Positions 31,759-39,753 of a stretch of 64,000 nucleotides of DNA are shown in pieces (position 1 is the stretch's first letter; each line of letters begins with the position of its first letter). The DNA comes from Brevinematales bacterium (GTDB taxonomy: Bacteria > Spirochaetota > Brevinematia > Brevinematales > JAOACQ01). Position numbers and translations under genes: made by a program. The stretch spans positions 1,944 to 65,943 of the forward strand of contig JBBFLL010000008.1 in the NCBI GenBank assembly GCA_037479045.1, given 5' to 3'. The notes beneath the pieces were generated by a model. That model ran no database searches, had not been told where the DNA came from, and saw only the letters and a program-made list of their open reading frames with translations.

Positions 31759-31973
31759 TGCGGATTGCTTAACACATTAATAAATAAGAGAAAAGTCAAA
31801 CTTTTTCGCCAACCTGAAGATAAATCTGGTCAAGTCAATTTTATATCCTAACGAGTTTTTGCTTTTTATATTCCTTCCTGTTGTAGAAAAAGCAATTAAA
31901 AATTTACGCAAATTCCAACGATAAAACAATAGCCTCATTGATTTCAGAAGGTTGGCGAAAAAGTTTTTCATTT
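31759..31973 (-). promoter_or_regulatory. CRISPR leader
   Basis: 215-nt AT-rich non-coding stretch between the cas2 stop and the first perfect repeat. The degenerate repeat is at the opposite end of the array. No promoter hexamers were confidently placed. Confidence 0.6.
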
Positions 31974-32258
31974 TCATAAAATATTATAACTCTCATTCTC
32001 CAGAATTTCAAGTTTTCCAGGTCCGTATTTAGTTTGTTTTTGCCAGTCTTCTGTACAAACTTCAAAATATACAACAAAGTCTTCTTCTTCATTTATTATT
32101 CTTCCTATTTTATGATACAACTCATTTATGGTGGAAGGCTTTGCAATCATTTCAAAAACAGATTTCTGAACTCTTATTCCATAATTTTCCATAACCTTTG
32201 CTACTTTTTGTAGTCTTTTTTCATCTCTTATATCATAAATTACAAGCCAGTTTTTCAT
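31974..32258 (-). CDS. cas2: CRISPR-associated endoribonuclease Cas2 (copy 2, array-proximal)
   Basis: 94 aa, beta1 with Asp (LVIYDIRDEKRL), YGIRVQKSVFE ferredoxin-fold pattern. Confidence 0.85.
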   Translation of the reverse strand: MKNWLVIYDIRDEKRLQKVAKVMENYGIRVQKSVFEMIAKPSTINELYHKIGRIINEEEDFVVYFEVCTEDWQKQTKYGPGKLEILENESYNIL

Positions 32259-32530
32259 AATATTTCAAATGCCTCCAATCTTATAAGTTCCCCCTTGCCC
32301 TGCTTTATCGCCTTTCTGGTGCAGGATTCACATAGTGGATAGATGAAAAGATAATCCTCCTTTAAATTTAAAATCTCCAGAAGATCTTTCACAATTTTAT
32401 CAAGAATCTTTTTGTCAGTTTCAAGTTGAAAAAATGATTTTTGAACTCTCAAGCCATATCTTTCAAGAGTAGTAGCAACTTTCCTGAGTCTTTTTTCATC
32501 AGAAATATCATAACATATCATATAAATCAT
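32255..32530 (-). CDS. cas2: CRISPR-associated endoribonuclease Cas2 (copy 1)
   Basis: 91 aa, MICYDISDEKRL, YGLRVQKSFFQ. 4-nt overlap with the second cas2. Confidence 0.85.
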   Translation of the reverse strand: MIYMICYDISDEKRLRKVATTLERYGLRVQKSFFQLETDKKILDKIVKDLLEILNLKEDYLFIYPLCESCTRKAIKQGKGELIRLEAFEIL

Positions 32531-32533
32531 ATT

Positions 32534-33598
32534 CTACCTCACTATCATCGGATTATATTCTATTTTCTCACTATTTACAACTCTATGGAAATGATTAACC
32601 TGTTCTCTTATAACTCTTTTGTAGGTAATGGTTTGCCCAAGAGGTTGATAGAAAATTTCTGTATCGAGCTTTTTTTCAAAATGTGTAATAGCTTTTTTTA
32701 TTCCTTCTTTTGTAAGTAAAACTCCTTTTTTTTCTTCAATCGCAACATTTTCACTTTCTTCCTCAAGGGGATATTCCTCGTCTTTCTTAGAAAAAATCTT
32801 TTCTTCAAAATCTTCTGGATTCAATATTCCAAGATTAAACAATGCCACTGTCGTAGTATCCACTATAGGTGTCCTGAACTCTTCCATAAGGTCAAAGGCA
32901 AGAGTCTTTTTCCCATAGTCAACCGAATGAAAGAAACCAGCAAAAGGGTCAAGTCCTTCAACTTCAATGGCAGACTCAACTCTGTAAAATAATAAAGTAT
33001 AAAGAAAACTCAATACAGCATTAACATTGTCTTCTGGTGGATTTTTACTTCTGCCATTGAAGATTGCCCAATCCTGATTTATAGCATATCTGAAAACCGA
33101 AAAGTAATATTTCGCCGCCATTCCTTCATAACCTCTAACTTGTTCAATACTTTCAGCCCTATCTATAGAATCTGAAATCTGCTTGGTTTTTTGAATAGCC
33201 TCAAATATTTGGGAATTGTTTTCTTTTTTTCTGTTTATCCTTTGCATAAAGTTAAGCTGGTTTCTTATTTTACCACTGACTATAGACTTTGCAAATTTCA
33301 GTTTGAATTCATCATTTTCGAGTAATCTGTATTGTTTTAGCCTGAGATAAACATTTTTGCTATCGCCAAAAGATAGCCTTCCGTTAAATCTGCCGTTTCT
33401 GTTCAAAAAAACAGTATCGATTTTGTATTTCATTATAAGTGAGAGTGCCTGCCCTGTAATTTCTACACCACCTAAGAAAACAAGCTGTTCTGTTTTGAAT
33501 GGAAATATGGTAGTCCTGCATTCTGGAGAATGAAGAACAAGAGTTTCACCTTCTTTACATAATTTTCCACCACTACTTACTATGTAGATTATGGACAT
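32534..33598 (-). CDS. cas1: CRISPR-associated endonuclease Cas1
   Basis: GFFHSVDYGKKTLAFDLMEEFR catalytic His/Asp-Glu block and NAVLSFLYTLL. Start set to MSIIYIV (ATG 33598 preceded by AGGGGGA); the listed upstream 31 aa are rejected. Confidence 0.9.
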   Translation of the reverse strand: MSIIYIVSSGGKLCKEGETLVLHSPECRTTIFPFKTEQLVFLGGVEITGQALSLIMKYKIDTVFLNRNGRFNGRLSFGDSKNVYLRLKQYRLLENDEFKLKFAKSIVSGKIRNQLNFMQRINRKKENNSQIFEAIQKTKQISDSIDRAESIEQVRGYEGMAAKYYFSVFRYAINQDWAIFNGRSKNPPEDNVNAVLSFLYTLLFYRVESAIEVEGLDPFAGFFHSVDYGKKTLAFDLMEEFRTPIVDTTTVALFNLGILNPEDFEEKIFSKKDEEYPLEEESENVAIEEKKGVLLTKEGIKKAITHFEKKLDTEIFYQPLGQTITYKRVIREQVNHFHRVVNSEKIEYNPMIVR

Positions 33599-33680
33599 AA
33601 TTATCCCCCTTTGTGCCACTGAAATATTCACCTTAGTTCTATGACCGGAGAAAAAGATTAAAAACTTATTGAATATTGTC

Positions 33681-34982
33681 TTATTTATCATTTAAAACAA
33701 CTTTATAAACTTCATTAAAGGAATTTTCTAATTCTTTTTTTAACTTCTCGATTTTTATTGGTTGGATAAATCCACAGTGATTTATATCATTTCTAATGTT
33801 TCTTAATCTGTTAAAGATATTAAAAAGCTCTTTTATGTCGTTATTTTCCTTCATCTTTTTCAAGATTTCCAAAATATCATTGTCACCTTTATATTCTTTT
33901 TCATTTATGTTTGGATTCATTACAAAATAAATGGCTGCACTTAACTCTTCTCTTATCTTTTTATTGTTAATTTTATCTTTGTATTTAGTTTTTTCAATCA
34001 AATAAGTAATAAGCATTTCTTGTAATATCGTAATTCCCTGTTGTATCAGATTGTGTTCGATACACCATTTTACTGCTCTAAAACCATTTAAAATATCATC
34101 ACTGTTGAATTCTGTAATTTTTTCTTCTATTTTTTCAAGTAAAGGTATTAAAGCATAACTTAAGTTGAGGTCGGCTCTTTTAATTTCATTTAATAACTTC
34201 TTCGCCTTATTAAAATTTTCTCCCTTTATAATTTGTAGTCCTCTACAGTATAGAATTTCATTTGTTCCAATATCTATCCAGTCTATAAGATGTTTAATTT
34301 TTTTGTAATTATCATCAATTTTTCCACAAAAAGTTTTTTGAAGGGGTATGATGTGTTGATTTACAATTTCTTTTATTTTTCTTGTTGAACCAGAACTTAC
34401 AAATTCTCTTGCTCCTATGCCCCACTCCATTATATCATAATATGGAGTTAAATCAAAAATAGGTGCATTTCTGTCTTTTATATCCCTTTGTCTTACTAAT
34501 GAAATGGGTCCAAGTGTTTCAAATGCTCCATAATATATTCCTTTTATTTTTATATTTTTTAGGAAACGGGCGTAATTTAATAAAGTGATACCAAGCAGTG
34601 GGAGAAGCCTGAAACCATGGGTAATATCAAAAAATACTTCATCACCATCTTTGAATAGGTTAAATACTTTGCTAAAAATTTGCCAAATTTCGTTTTCATT
34701 TGAACCTACTGGAATATCTTTTACAGGTTCAACAATATCATTTTTCTTCAATTCGGATATTTTTTCTTCTAACTTTGGCCAATTCCTATCTTCTGCTTCT
34801 TTAGTGAGAAGAATATAAATTTTGTCGTTGTTGTCTTTTTTAAATTCTTTACAAAAGATTTTTAGCATTGCTTCCTGAACGAATTTAACATTTTCCACTT
34901 TTTGATTTCCAAAATAATAGTTACATTCAACGTAATCATTTGTACCAAGAAAACTTAAAAATACTTTCCTATTATTATTCAT
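33681..34982 (-). CDS. csx1: Csx1-family CARF-HEPN protein (DxTHG motif type)
   Basis: N-terminal Rossmann-like strand VFLSFLGT, DxTHG motif FFDITHGFR, C-terminal HEPN R-x4-H (RNIRNDINH). 433 aa. Confidence 0.8.
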   Translation of the reverse strand: MNNNRKVFLSFLGTNDYVECNYYFGNQKVENVKFVQEAMLKIFCKEFKKDNNDKIYILLTKEAEDRNWPKLEEKISELKKNDIVEPVKDIPVGSNENEIWQIFSKVFNLFKDGDEVFFDITHGFRLLPLLGITLLNYARFLKNIKIKGIYYGAFETLGPISLVRQRDIKDRNAPIFDLTPYYDIMEWGIGAREFVSSGSTRKIKEIVNQHIIPLQKTFCGKIDDNYKKIKHLIDWIDIGTNEILYCRGLQIIKGENFNKAKKLLNEIKRADLNLSYALIPLLEKIEEKITEFNSDDILNGFRAVKWCIEHNLIQQGITILQEMLITYLIEKTKYKDKINNKKIREELSAAIYFVMNPNINEKEYKGDNDILEILKKMKENNDIKELFNIFNRLRNIRNDINHCGFIQPIKIEKLKKELENSFNEVYKVVLNDK

Positions 34983-35589
34983 AAAGAAATTTTACCTCCT
35001 CTTTAAACAAATTTTTTGGATTATCCAATATATATTTCCTTATTTCTTTCAATTCCTCTCCATTTCTTATGATGTGATCATAAAACCGGGATTGCCACTG
35101 GAAATAACATAAATTCGATCTTCTGATTTCATATGTACAACGTCCTTTAAACCACCTCACAATTTTTGATAATGAATTTTTTGTTAACATCGGATTGTGA
35201 ATTCCTGTAATTCCGCCATTTTTATATCCATTTTCGGTATTTTCGATGGTAGGAACGCGATTAATCGCGTTCCTACCATCGAAAATATCATCGACACCGT
35301 TCACAACGACATTATCATTTTCTAAAATAATAATTATACCATGAATATGGTCTGGCATTATAACATAATAATCCAATTTGACATTTTCAAAATGAGATGG
35401 AATTTCGTTCCAGGTTACATCGACAATTTTTCCTATTTCTGACAAAATTACCTCACCATTAATTACCTTTGACAGAATATTCATCCTTTCTTTTACACAT
35501 ATCGTTACAAAATATGCCCCCGGCGAAGAATAATCCCATCCTTTAAGCCTTATAGATTCATTACGATATTTATTCATAAACAATGACAC
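34975..35589 (-). CDS. IS200-like Y1 HUH transposase family protein (RAYT-like)
   Basis: SIRLKGWDYSSPGAYFVTIC N-terminus, HUH motif MPDHIHGIIII, catalytic Tyr helix WQSRFYDHIIRN. GTG start with RBS GGGAG over the upstream stop. 8-nt overlap with the csx1 ATG. Confidence 0.8.
   Translation of the reverse strand: MSLFMNKYRNESIRLKGWDYSSPGAYFVTICVKERMNILSKVINGEVILSEIGKIVDVTWNEIPSHFENVKLDYYVIMPDHIHGIIIILENDNVVVNGVDDIFDGRNAINRVPTIENTENGYKNGGITGIHNPMLTKNSLSKIVRWFKGRCTYEIRRSNLCYFQWQSRFYDHIIRNGEELKEIRKYILDNPKNLFKEEVKFLYE
35238..35287. repeat. 50-nt perfect palindrome inside the HUH gene
   Basis: TATTTTCGATGGTAGGAACGCGATT|AATCGCGTTCCTACCATCGAAAATA. All 25 positions pair, checked base by base. Confidence 0.9.
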
Positions 35590-35592
35590 AAT

Positions 35593-35988
35593 CTACTCCC
35601 AGTATCTATATTTTCTGAATCCCATATGTTTGAAAACAATTCGCTTTTCCACACTTCCATCTGGGTTTCTCACTTCTTCTGCCTTTCTTTCACTTGTGGC
35701 ATAAATCGGGACAAAACCATTCTTTAAGCAAAAATCCACAATTGTAAATGTCGCTCCAAATTCTCCCTGTACAAGTATAAAATCCCCTTTCTCTGCATTA
35801 CTTTCAAGCCAATTTATGATTTCTTCTGTAAATAGTCTGTGTCTATTCTCATCTGGCGGCATCTGTGACCATATATTTTTTTGCCTTATAGGTGGCTCAA
35901 TGATTTCTGTGACTTTGAGTTTCTCTTTTGCCTCAATTATTTGCTCTTCTGTGAGTGTGTGGTTGAGTAAGACTAATAGTTTGGGCAT
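35593..35988 (-). CDS. small type III-associated protein, Csx20-like (tentative)
   Basis: Start set to MPKLLVLLNH (ATG 35988 after GAGGA). The LNHxLTxEQ...GDFILVQGEFGA...PIYATSERK...FKHxGFRKY pattern resembles what I recall of the Csx20 family. Not verified by search. Confidence 0.45.
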   Translation of the reverse strand: MPKLLVLLNHTLTEEQIIEAKEKLKVTEIIEPPIRQKNIWSQMPPDENRHRLFTEEIINWLESNAEKGDFILVQGEFGATFTIVDFCLKNGFVPIYATSERKAEEVRNPDGSVEKRIVFKHMGFRKYRYWE

Positions 35989-36020
35989 AGTTATCCTCAA
36001 TTTTGAAATCATAAAAAATT

Positions 36021-37277
36021 CTATCCTATTCCAAGGATATTTTTTATTTTTTTTACTTTTTCTTTCTGTTTATTACTTACAGATTTTTCATCCCATTTTT
36101 TACACAATTTAAAATACTCCATTAATGCATTAGCTATTTTCTTTTTGTCTTCAATACTTTCTATCTTATCAAGTTTATTGTATATTTCAAAAACCTTTTG
36201 CTCATCCTGTGGGGACGAATTTAGCTTTGATAAGTTATAAATATCTCTTTCTATCTCACTCATTGATTCGAGTTTTCTTTTTTCTTCTTCCTCTTTTTGT
36301 CTTTGGATTTTTTCTTTTTCAATTCTTTCTCTTTCTTTTAATAATTTTTTATATTCTTCTTCTAAATTTTTATCTTCTTCATATTTTACTTCATTAAATA
36401 ATCCATAGCCTAAAGAAGTTTTTGCTCCTATTCCTTCTTCTGTAAGGGCTTTTACCAATGTGTCTTTAACTTTTAAAGTCAAATCACACTCTTTCTTTTC
36501 TATTCTCTCTTTTTTCTCATTTCGATATATTTTATTCTTTCTAACGATAGTCCGAAAAACAAAAGTTGTTCCGGGTTTTACTGTTAAAAACTTTATAGGA
36601 TTTGGTTCAAGATAATCGGCTGGAGGCTTATCGTTTTCGTAATAATCTTTATAATGTGGATTTATTATATCAATATGAAGTTCTGGAACACTTAACGGAT
36701 AAGCATCAAGGAATATTACTCCGCCCATTTCTTTTTGAGTGCCAAAGTAATATGCAATTTCCTCGATTTTATCATCCTCAATATAAAAATTTCCTTTTTT
36801 ATCTTTCTTAATCATACTTTTGTCATTTTTAATCTTGCCAGAATTTAATAAATTCAACATAGTTGCAAACCTCACTACTCCCTTTATGCTTGAAGCGGGG
36901 ATGTAAGGTATCCCAAGATTATAGTCAAAAACCATACTTATCTCATGGGGATGTGGTTGTCCAATGCCTGTAATAAGGGGAGATTTTGTCTTTGCCTGGA
37001 TTACAATAACTTCATATTGATCAGATGGAAATGATTTATAAAATTCTATTTGGGAAAGGTGTTTTTGTTTTAGCAAACCAGGTAAAGAAACTCTTAAACT
37101 AGCAAATTTATCTTTATAATAATTAACTGCATTATTGCTATTTCCTTGGTTATCTGAAGCCTTGTAATTAATATCATTTACTGGTACAAATTTATTATAC
37201 CATAATCCAAAGTTTCCATTAAAATTATTGTTTATTATATCTTTTATATCAATTCCAATAGGATATAAAACCGACAT
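36021..37277 (-). CDS. cmr6: type III-B RAMP protein Cmr6 with C-terminal extension
   Basis: RAMP motifs SSIKGVVRF and glycine-rich loop GAKTSLGYGLF, followed by a further 124 aa that are Lys/Glu-rich. Confidence 0.85.
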   Translation of the reverse strand: MSVLYPIGIDIKDIINNNFNGNFGLWYNKFVPVNDINYKASDNQGNSNNAVNYYKDKFASLRVSLPGLLKQKHLSQIEFYKSFPSDQYEVIVIQAKTKSPLITGIGQPHPHEISMVFDYNLGIPYIPASSIKGVVRFATMLNLLNSGKIKNDKSMIKKDKKGNFYIEDDKIEEIAYYFGTQKEMGGVIFLDAYPLSVPELHIDIINPHYKDYYENDKPPADYLEPNPIKFLTVKPGTTFVFRTIVRKNKIYRNEKKERIEKKECDLTLKVKDTLVKALTEEGIGAKTSLGYGLFNEVKYEEDKNLEEEYKKLLKERERIEKEKIQRQKEEEEKRKLESMSEIERDIYNLSKLNSSPQDEQKVFEIYNKLDKIESIEDKKKIANALMEYFKLCKKWDEKSVSNKQKEKVKKIKNILGIG

Positions 37278-37805
37278 CTAGTTTTCCTCCTTATTCTTAC
37301 TTTCTTCATCACTCAAAAAAGCCTCGGCGTATCTTTTGAACCACTCAAGTAATGCCAATGTTTCTTTTTGAATTGATAAGAAATCTTTTTGATTTAAGTT
37401 ACAAAAAATTTTTTCTACAAAACTTTTTATCATAATATTAAATTTTTTTCTATCATTCTTTTCTTCGGGTGTATTCTCAATTGATACAAGTAAATTATAT
37501 GGATTGTCAGATTGTTGAAACCATTCGGTTATTATTTTTAATAAAAAACCTTCCTTTTTCTTTTCGAAATCAATATGTTGTTTCTTTGAATTTTCATCAA
37601 ATTTGCTGGCTTTTGCAAGCCAGAAAGCAAGTGCCTGACCAAGACCATTCTGAAGTATCATAGAGGGTGCTCCAGATGCAAAGGATTTGAAATTTTTGTT
37701 GTCAAGGCTTTTATAATTTGACAAAATTTCTTCTACTTTTCTTAATGCAAAAGCTGCTCTTTTCTGGGCTAAAGTTCTGATTTCTTTATTCTGACACTCT
37801 GACAT
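37278..37805 (-). CDS. cmr5: type III-B small subunit Cmr5
   Basis: Helical 175-aa protein with SMILQNGLGQALAFWLAK motif. Positioned between cmr4 and cmr6. Confidence 0.7.
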   Translation of the reverse strand: MSECQNKEIRTLAQKRAAFALRKVEEILSNYKSLDNKNFKSFASGAPSMILQNGLGQALAFWLAKASKFDENSKKQHIDFEKKKEGFLLKIITEWFQQSDNPYNLLVSIENTPEEKNDRKKFNIMIKSFVEKIFCNLNQKDFLSIQKETLALLEWFKRYAEAFLSDEESKNKEEN

Positions 37806-37822
37806 AGTTTCCTCCTTTAAGA

Positions 37823-38770
37823 TTAAGGATTTTGATTATTTGATGGAGACAGCCATTTTATTCTGCATATACCTCTGCCAAGAGTTTCATCTCCACCTAT
37901 TTGTATAAAATTTTGTATGTTCTTCTCCACAATATTTTTTACCATTTCAGCTTGCAAGTTATTATTAAATGCTGAAGCACTATAGTAAACCACACTATAG
38001 AGTAAAGTATCTGAAGGTAAAAGTTCCTGGTACCTCAAGCTACCATCCTGCGTCGTTCCTTTTAAACTATCAATTTTAATCTGAGTTTGAACTTCAGTAC
38101 AATATGAGACACAGTAGTAAAAAATGTCATCAGAAACTAAAAGTAACCTTTCAATATTTTCAAATATGTCAGAAATTTGCTTAACCTCTGATTTAATTTC
38201 TGAGATTTCTTTAACTTCTACAACAACATCTTCAAGTATTATTTTTTGATTGTTGGTAATACCTCCTTTTAATGATATAGCTTCTTCGTCATTTATTTTT
38301 TTATATGATAGTTTGTTGTTTATATTAATTCCGCAAAATTCAAGGTCTCTTGAAAGTCTATCCAGAACAGCAGGGCAGGTAACGTGGACAAAAGGCGCAA
38401 TATTTGACCTCATAGGAAAGGCAAGAATTTTTGCATCAGAGACTGAGATTGCTCCTGGTGAATTTATCCTTTCTGAATTTATTTCTACCTCTTTTTCAGG
38501 TTCATCATCGTTATCATAATCAGTTCCAAATATAAAGTTTATTAAAGCCTTATCTTTTTTTTCCAAATTATCTCTTTTTTCATTTCCAGCAAATCTTCTG
38601 AAATGTTGTCTTAAGGCTCCTTTTACAGAAGAAGCCTGAATATGTGGCCAGTTTGTACACCTTTCTCTTTGAATAGGTAAATCAACCACTGATGTTGAAC
38701 TACCTGCTCCAGCATGAATGGGTGAAATGGCATAAAATGTAATTATTGATGTAAACTCTTTTTTTAACAT
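37823..38770 (-). CDS. cmr4: type III-B RAMP backbone subunit Cmr4
   Basis: PIHAGAGSSTSVVDLPIQRE (catalytic Asp region), ASSVKGALR, GGDETLGRG. Start set to MLKKEF after GGAGGA. Confidence 0.9.
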   Translation of the reverse strand: MLKKEFTSIITFYAISPIHAGAGSSTSVVDLPIQRERCTNWPHIQASSVKGALRQHFRRFAGNEKRDNLEKKDKALINFIFGTDYDNDDEPEKEVEINSERINSPGAISVSDAKILAFPMRSNIAPFVHVTCPAVLDRLSRDLEFCGININNKLSYKKINDEEAISLKGGITNNQKIILEDVVVEVKEISEIKSEVKQISDIFENIERLLLVSDDIFYYCVSYCTEVQTQIKIDSLKGTTQDGSLRYQELLPSDTLLYSVVYYSASAFNNNLQAEMVKNIVEKNIQNFIQIGGDETLGRGICRIKWLSPSNNQNP

Positions 38771-38781
38771 ATATTCCTCCA

Positions 38782-39753
38782 TTAACTTATTTTTACTGGA
38801 ATGCTGTTTGGCACTTTTTCTTTAAAGACACTGCCGGGTGGATAGTGCGCTTTAAGTGGTTTATGGAAGCCTTTTGCAAGGTCCCAGCCGCCGATGTAAA
38901 CCACTTTGTCAGTTACTATAAGATTTTCTTTATTTTCTTCACAAGGTATATAAGATAAGCTCATATAGAAAGAAGAATTATCTGATGATAGAGGGATATT
39001 ATTTATCTTTTCATACAGCCCAAATCTCTGTTCAGCACCGACTTTCATAATACCTTTATCGCCAAGACTAATATCCTTAGTTATGCCAAAAACTAAGGAA
39101 ACACATTCTTTAAGTCTGAAGTGTGCATAAGAATAAAGCTGGCTTTCTCTTACTGTTCTGTTATCGTATAATGCTATACCGATCCTTGGTTCTTTGCAGT
39201 AAAAATATGATGGTTTATAGATTTTAATATCATCTTTGATTTCGTCTTTATTGTTTATGGTAATAAAATCAGATAGTTTTATCCAATTTCCTCCGATAGA
39301 CTCGACAAAACCTTTTGCTTTTTGTGGCCATATCTTGATAAGTGCAGAAGAAGCGATAGGTAGATTGTTATCGATTAAAGTTCCTTTTAAGAATTTATTT
39401 TTAGGTATATTTATGACATCTTCTTCTTCAAAATTGTCCATAAACCAGGTATATGGGACTGGAATATAAATTTCATTATTCTTTTCAAATATAGGTCCAA
39501 TAATTTCAAAAGGTGGATTTTCAGATGGTTTCCCAATATCTTCATAGAAACTTTTGTCCAGTTTTCCATCTATATAGTCTTTGATAGTTTTTTCTTCAGG
39601 TAGTTTTTTTAGTAAATATGCAGTTCTTATAGCACCTATGATGGTTTGAGGTGGGGGTGGAAAAATGGATAAAAGAGAGGTTTTATCCTCCTCTGCACCT
39701 CTGATAAGTATTGTATCTACAGGTTTATACCTATACCAACAAATTTCGCTCAT
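38782..39753 (-). CDS. cmr3: type III-B protein Cmr3
   Basis: PPPPQTIIGAIRTA motif, IGGW near the C-terminus, position between cas10 and cmr4. Confidence 0.8.
   Translation of the reverse strand: MSEICWYRYKPVDTILIRGAEEDKTSLLSIFPPPPQTIIGAIRTAYLLKKLPEEKTIKDYIDGKLDKSFYEDIGKPSENPPFEIIGPIFEKNNEIYIPVPYTWFMDNFEEEDVINIPKNKFLKGTLIDNNLPIASSALIKIWPQKAKGFVESIGGNWIKLSDFITINNKDEIKDDIKIYKPSYFYCKEPRIGIALYDNRTVRESQLYSYAHFRLKECVSLVFGITKDISLGDKGIMKVGAEQRFGLYEKINNIPLSSDNSSFYMSLSYIPCEENKENLIVTDKVVYIGGWDLAKGFHKPLKAHYPPGSVFKEKVPNSIPVKIS

Noticed and set aside
31777-32092. Minus-strand ORFs of 66 aa and 62 aa covering the CRISPR leader and the 3' end of cas2.
   Set aside because: They have no RBS and an AT-rich low-complexity composition. 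They overlap the leader and cas2 and are better explained as non-coding leader sequence.
33599-33691. Upstream Met extensions of cas1 (shown here), speA (29671-29733), the Fe-ADH gene (23504-23587), the TPR gene and bglA.
   Set aside because: In each case a better RBS, and sometimes a promoter, lies in front of an internal Met that matches the usual family N-terminus. The extensions overlap upstream genes or promoters.
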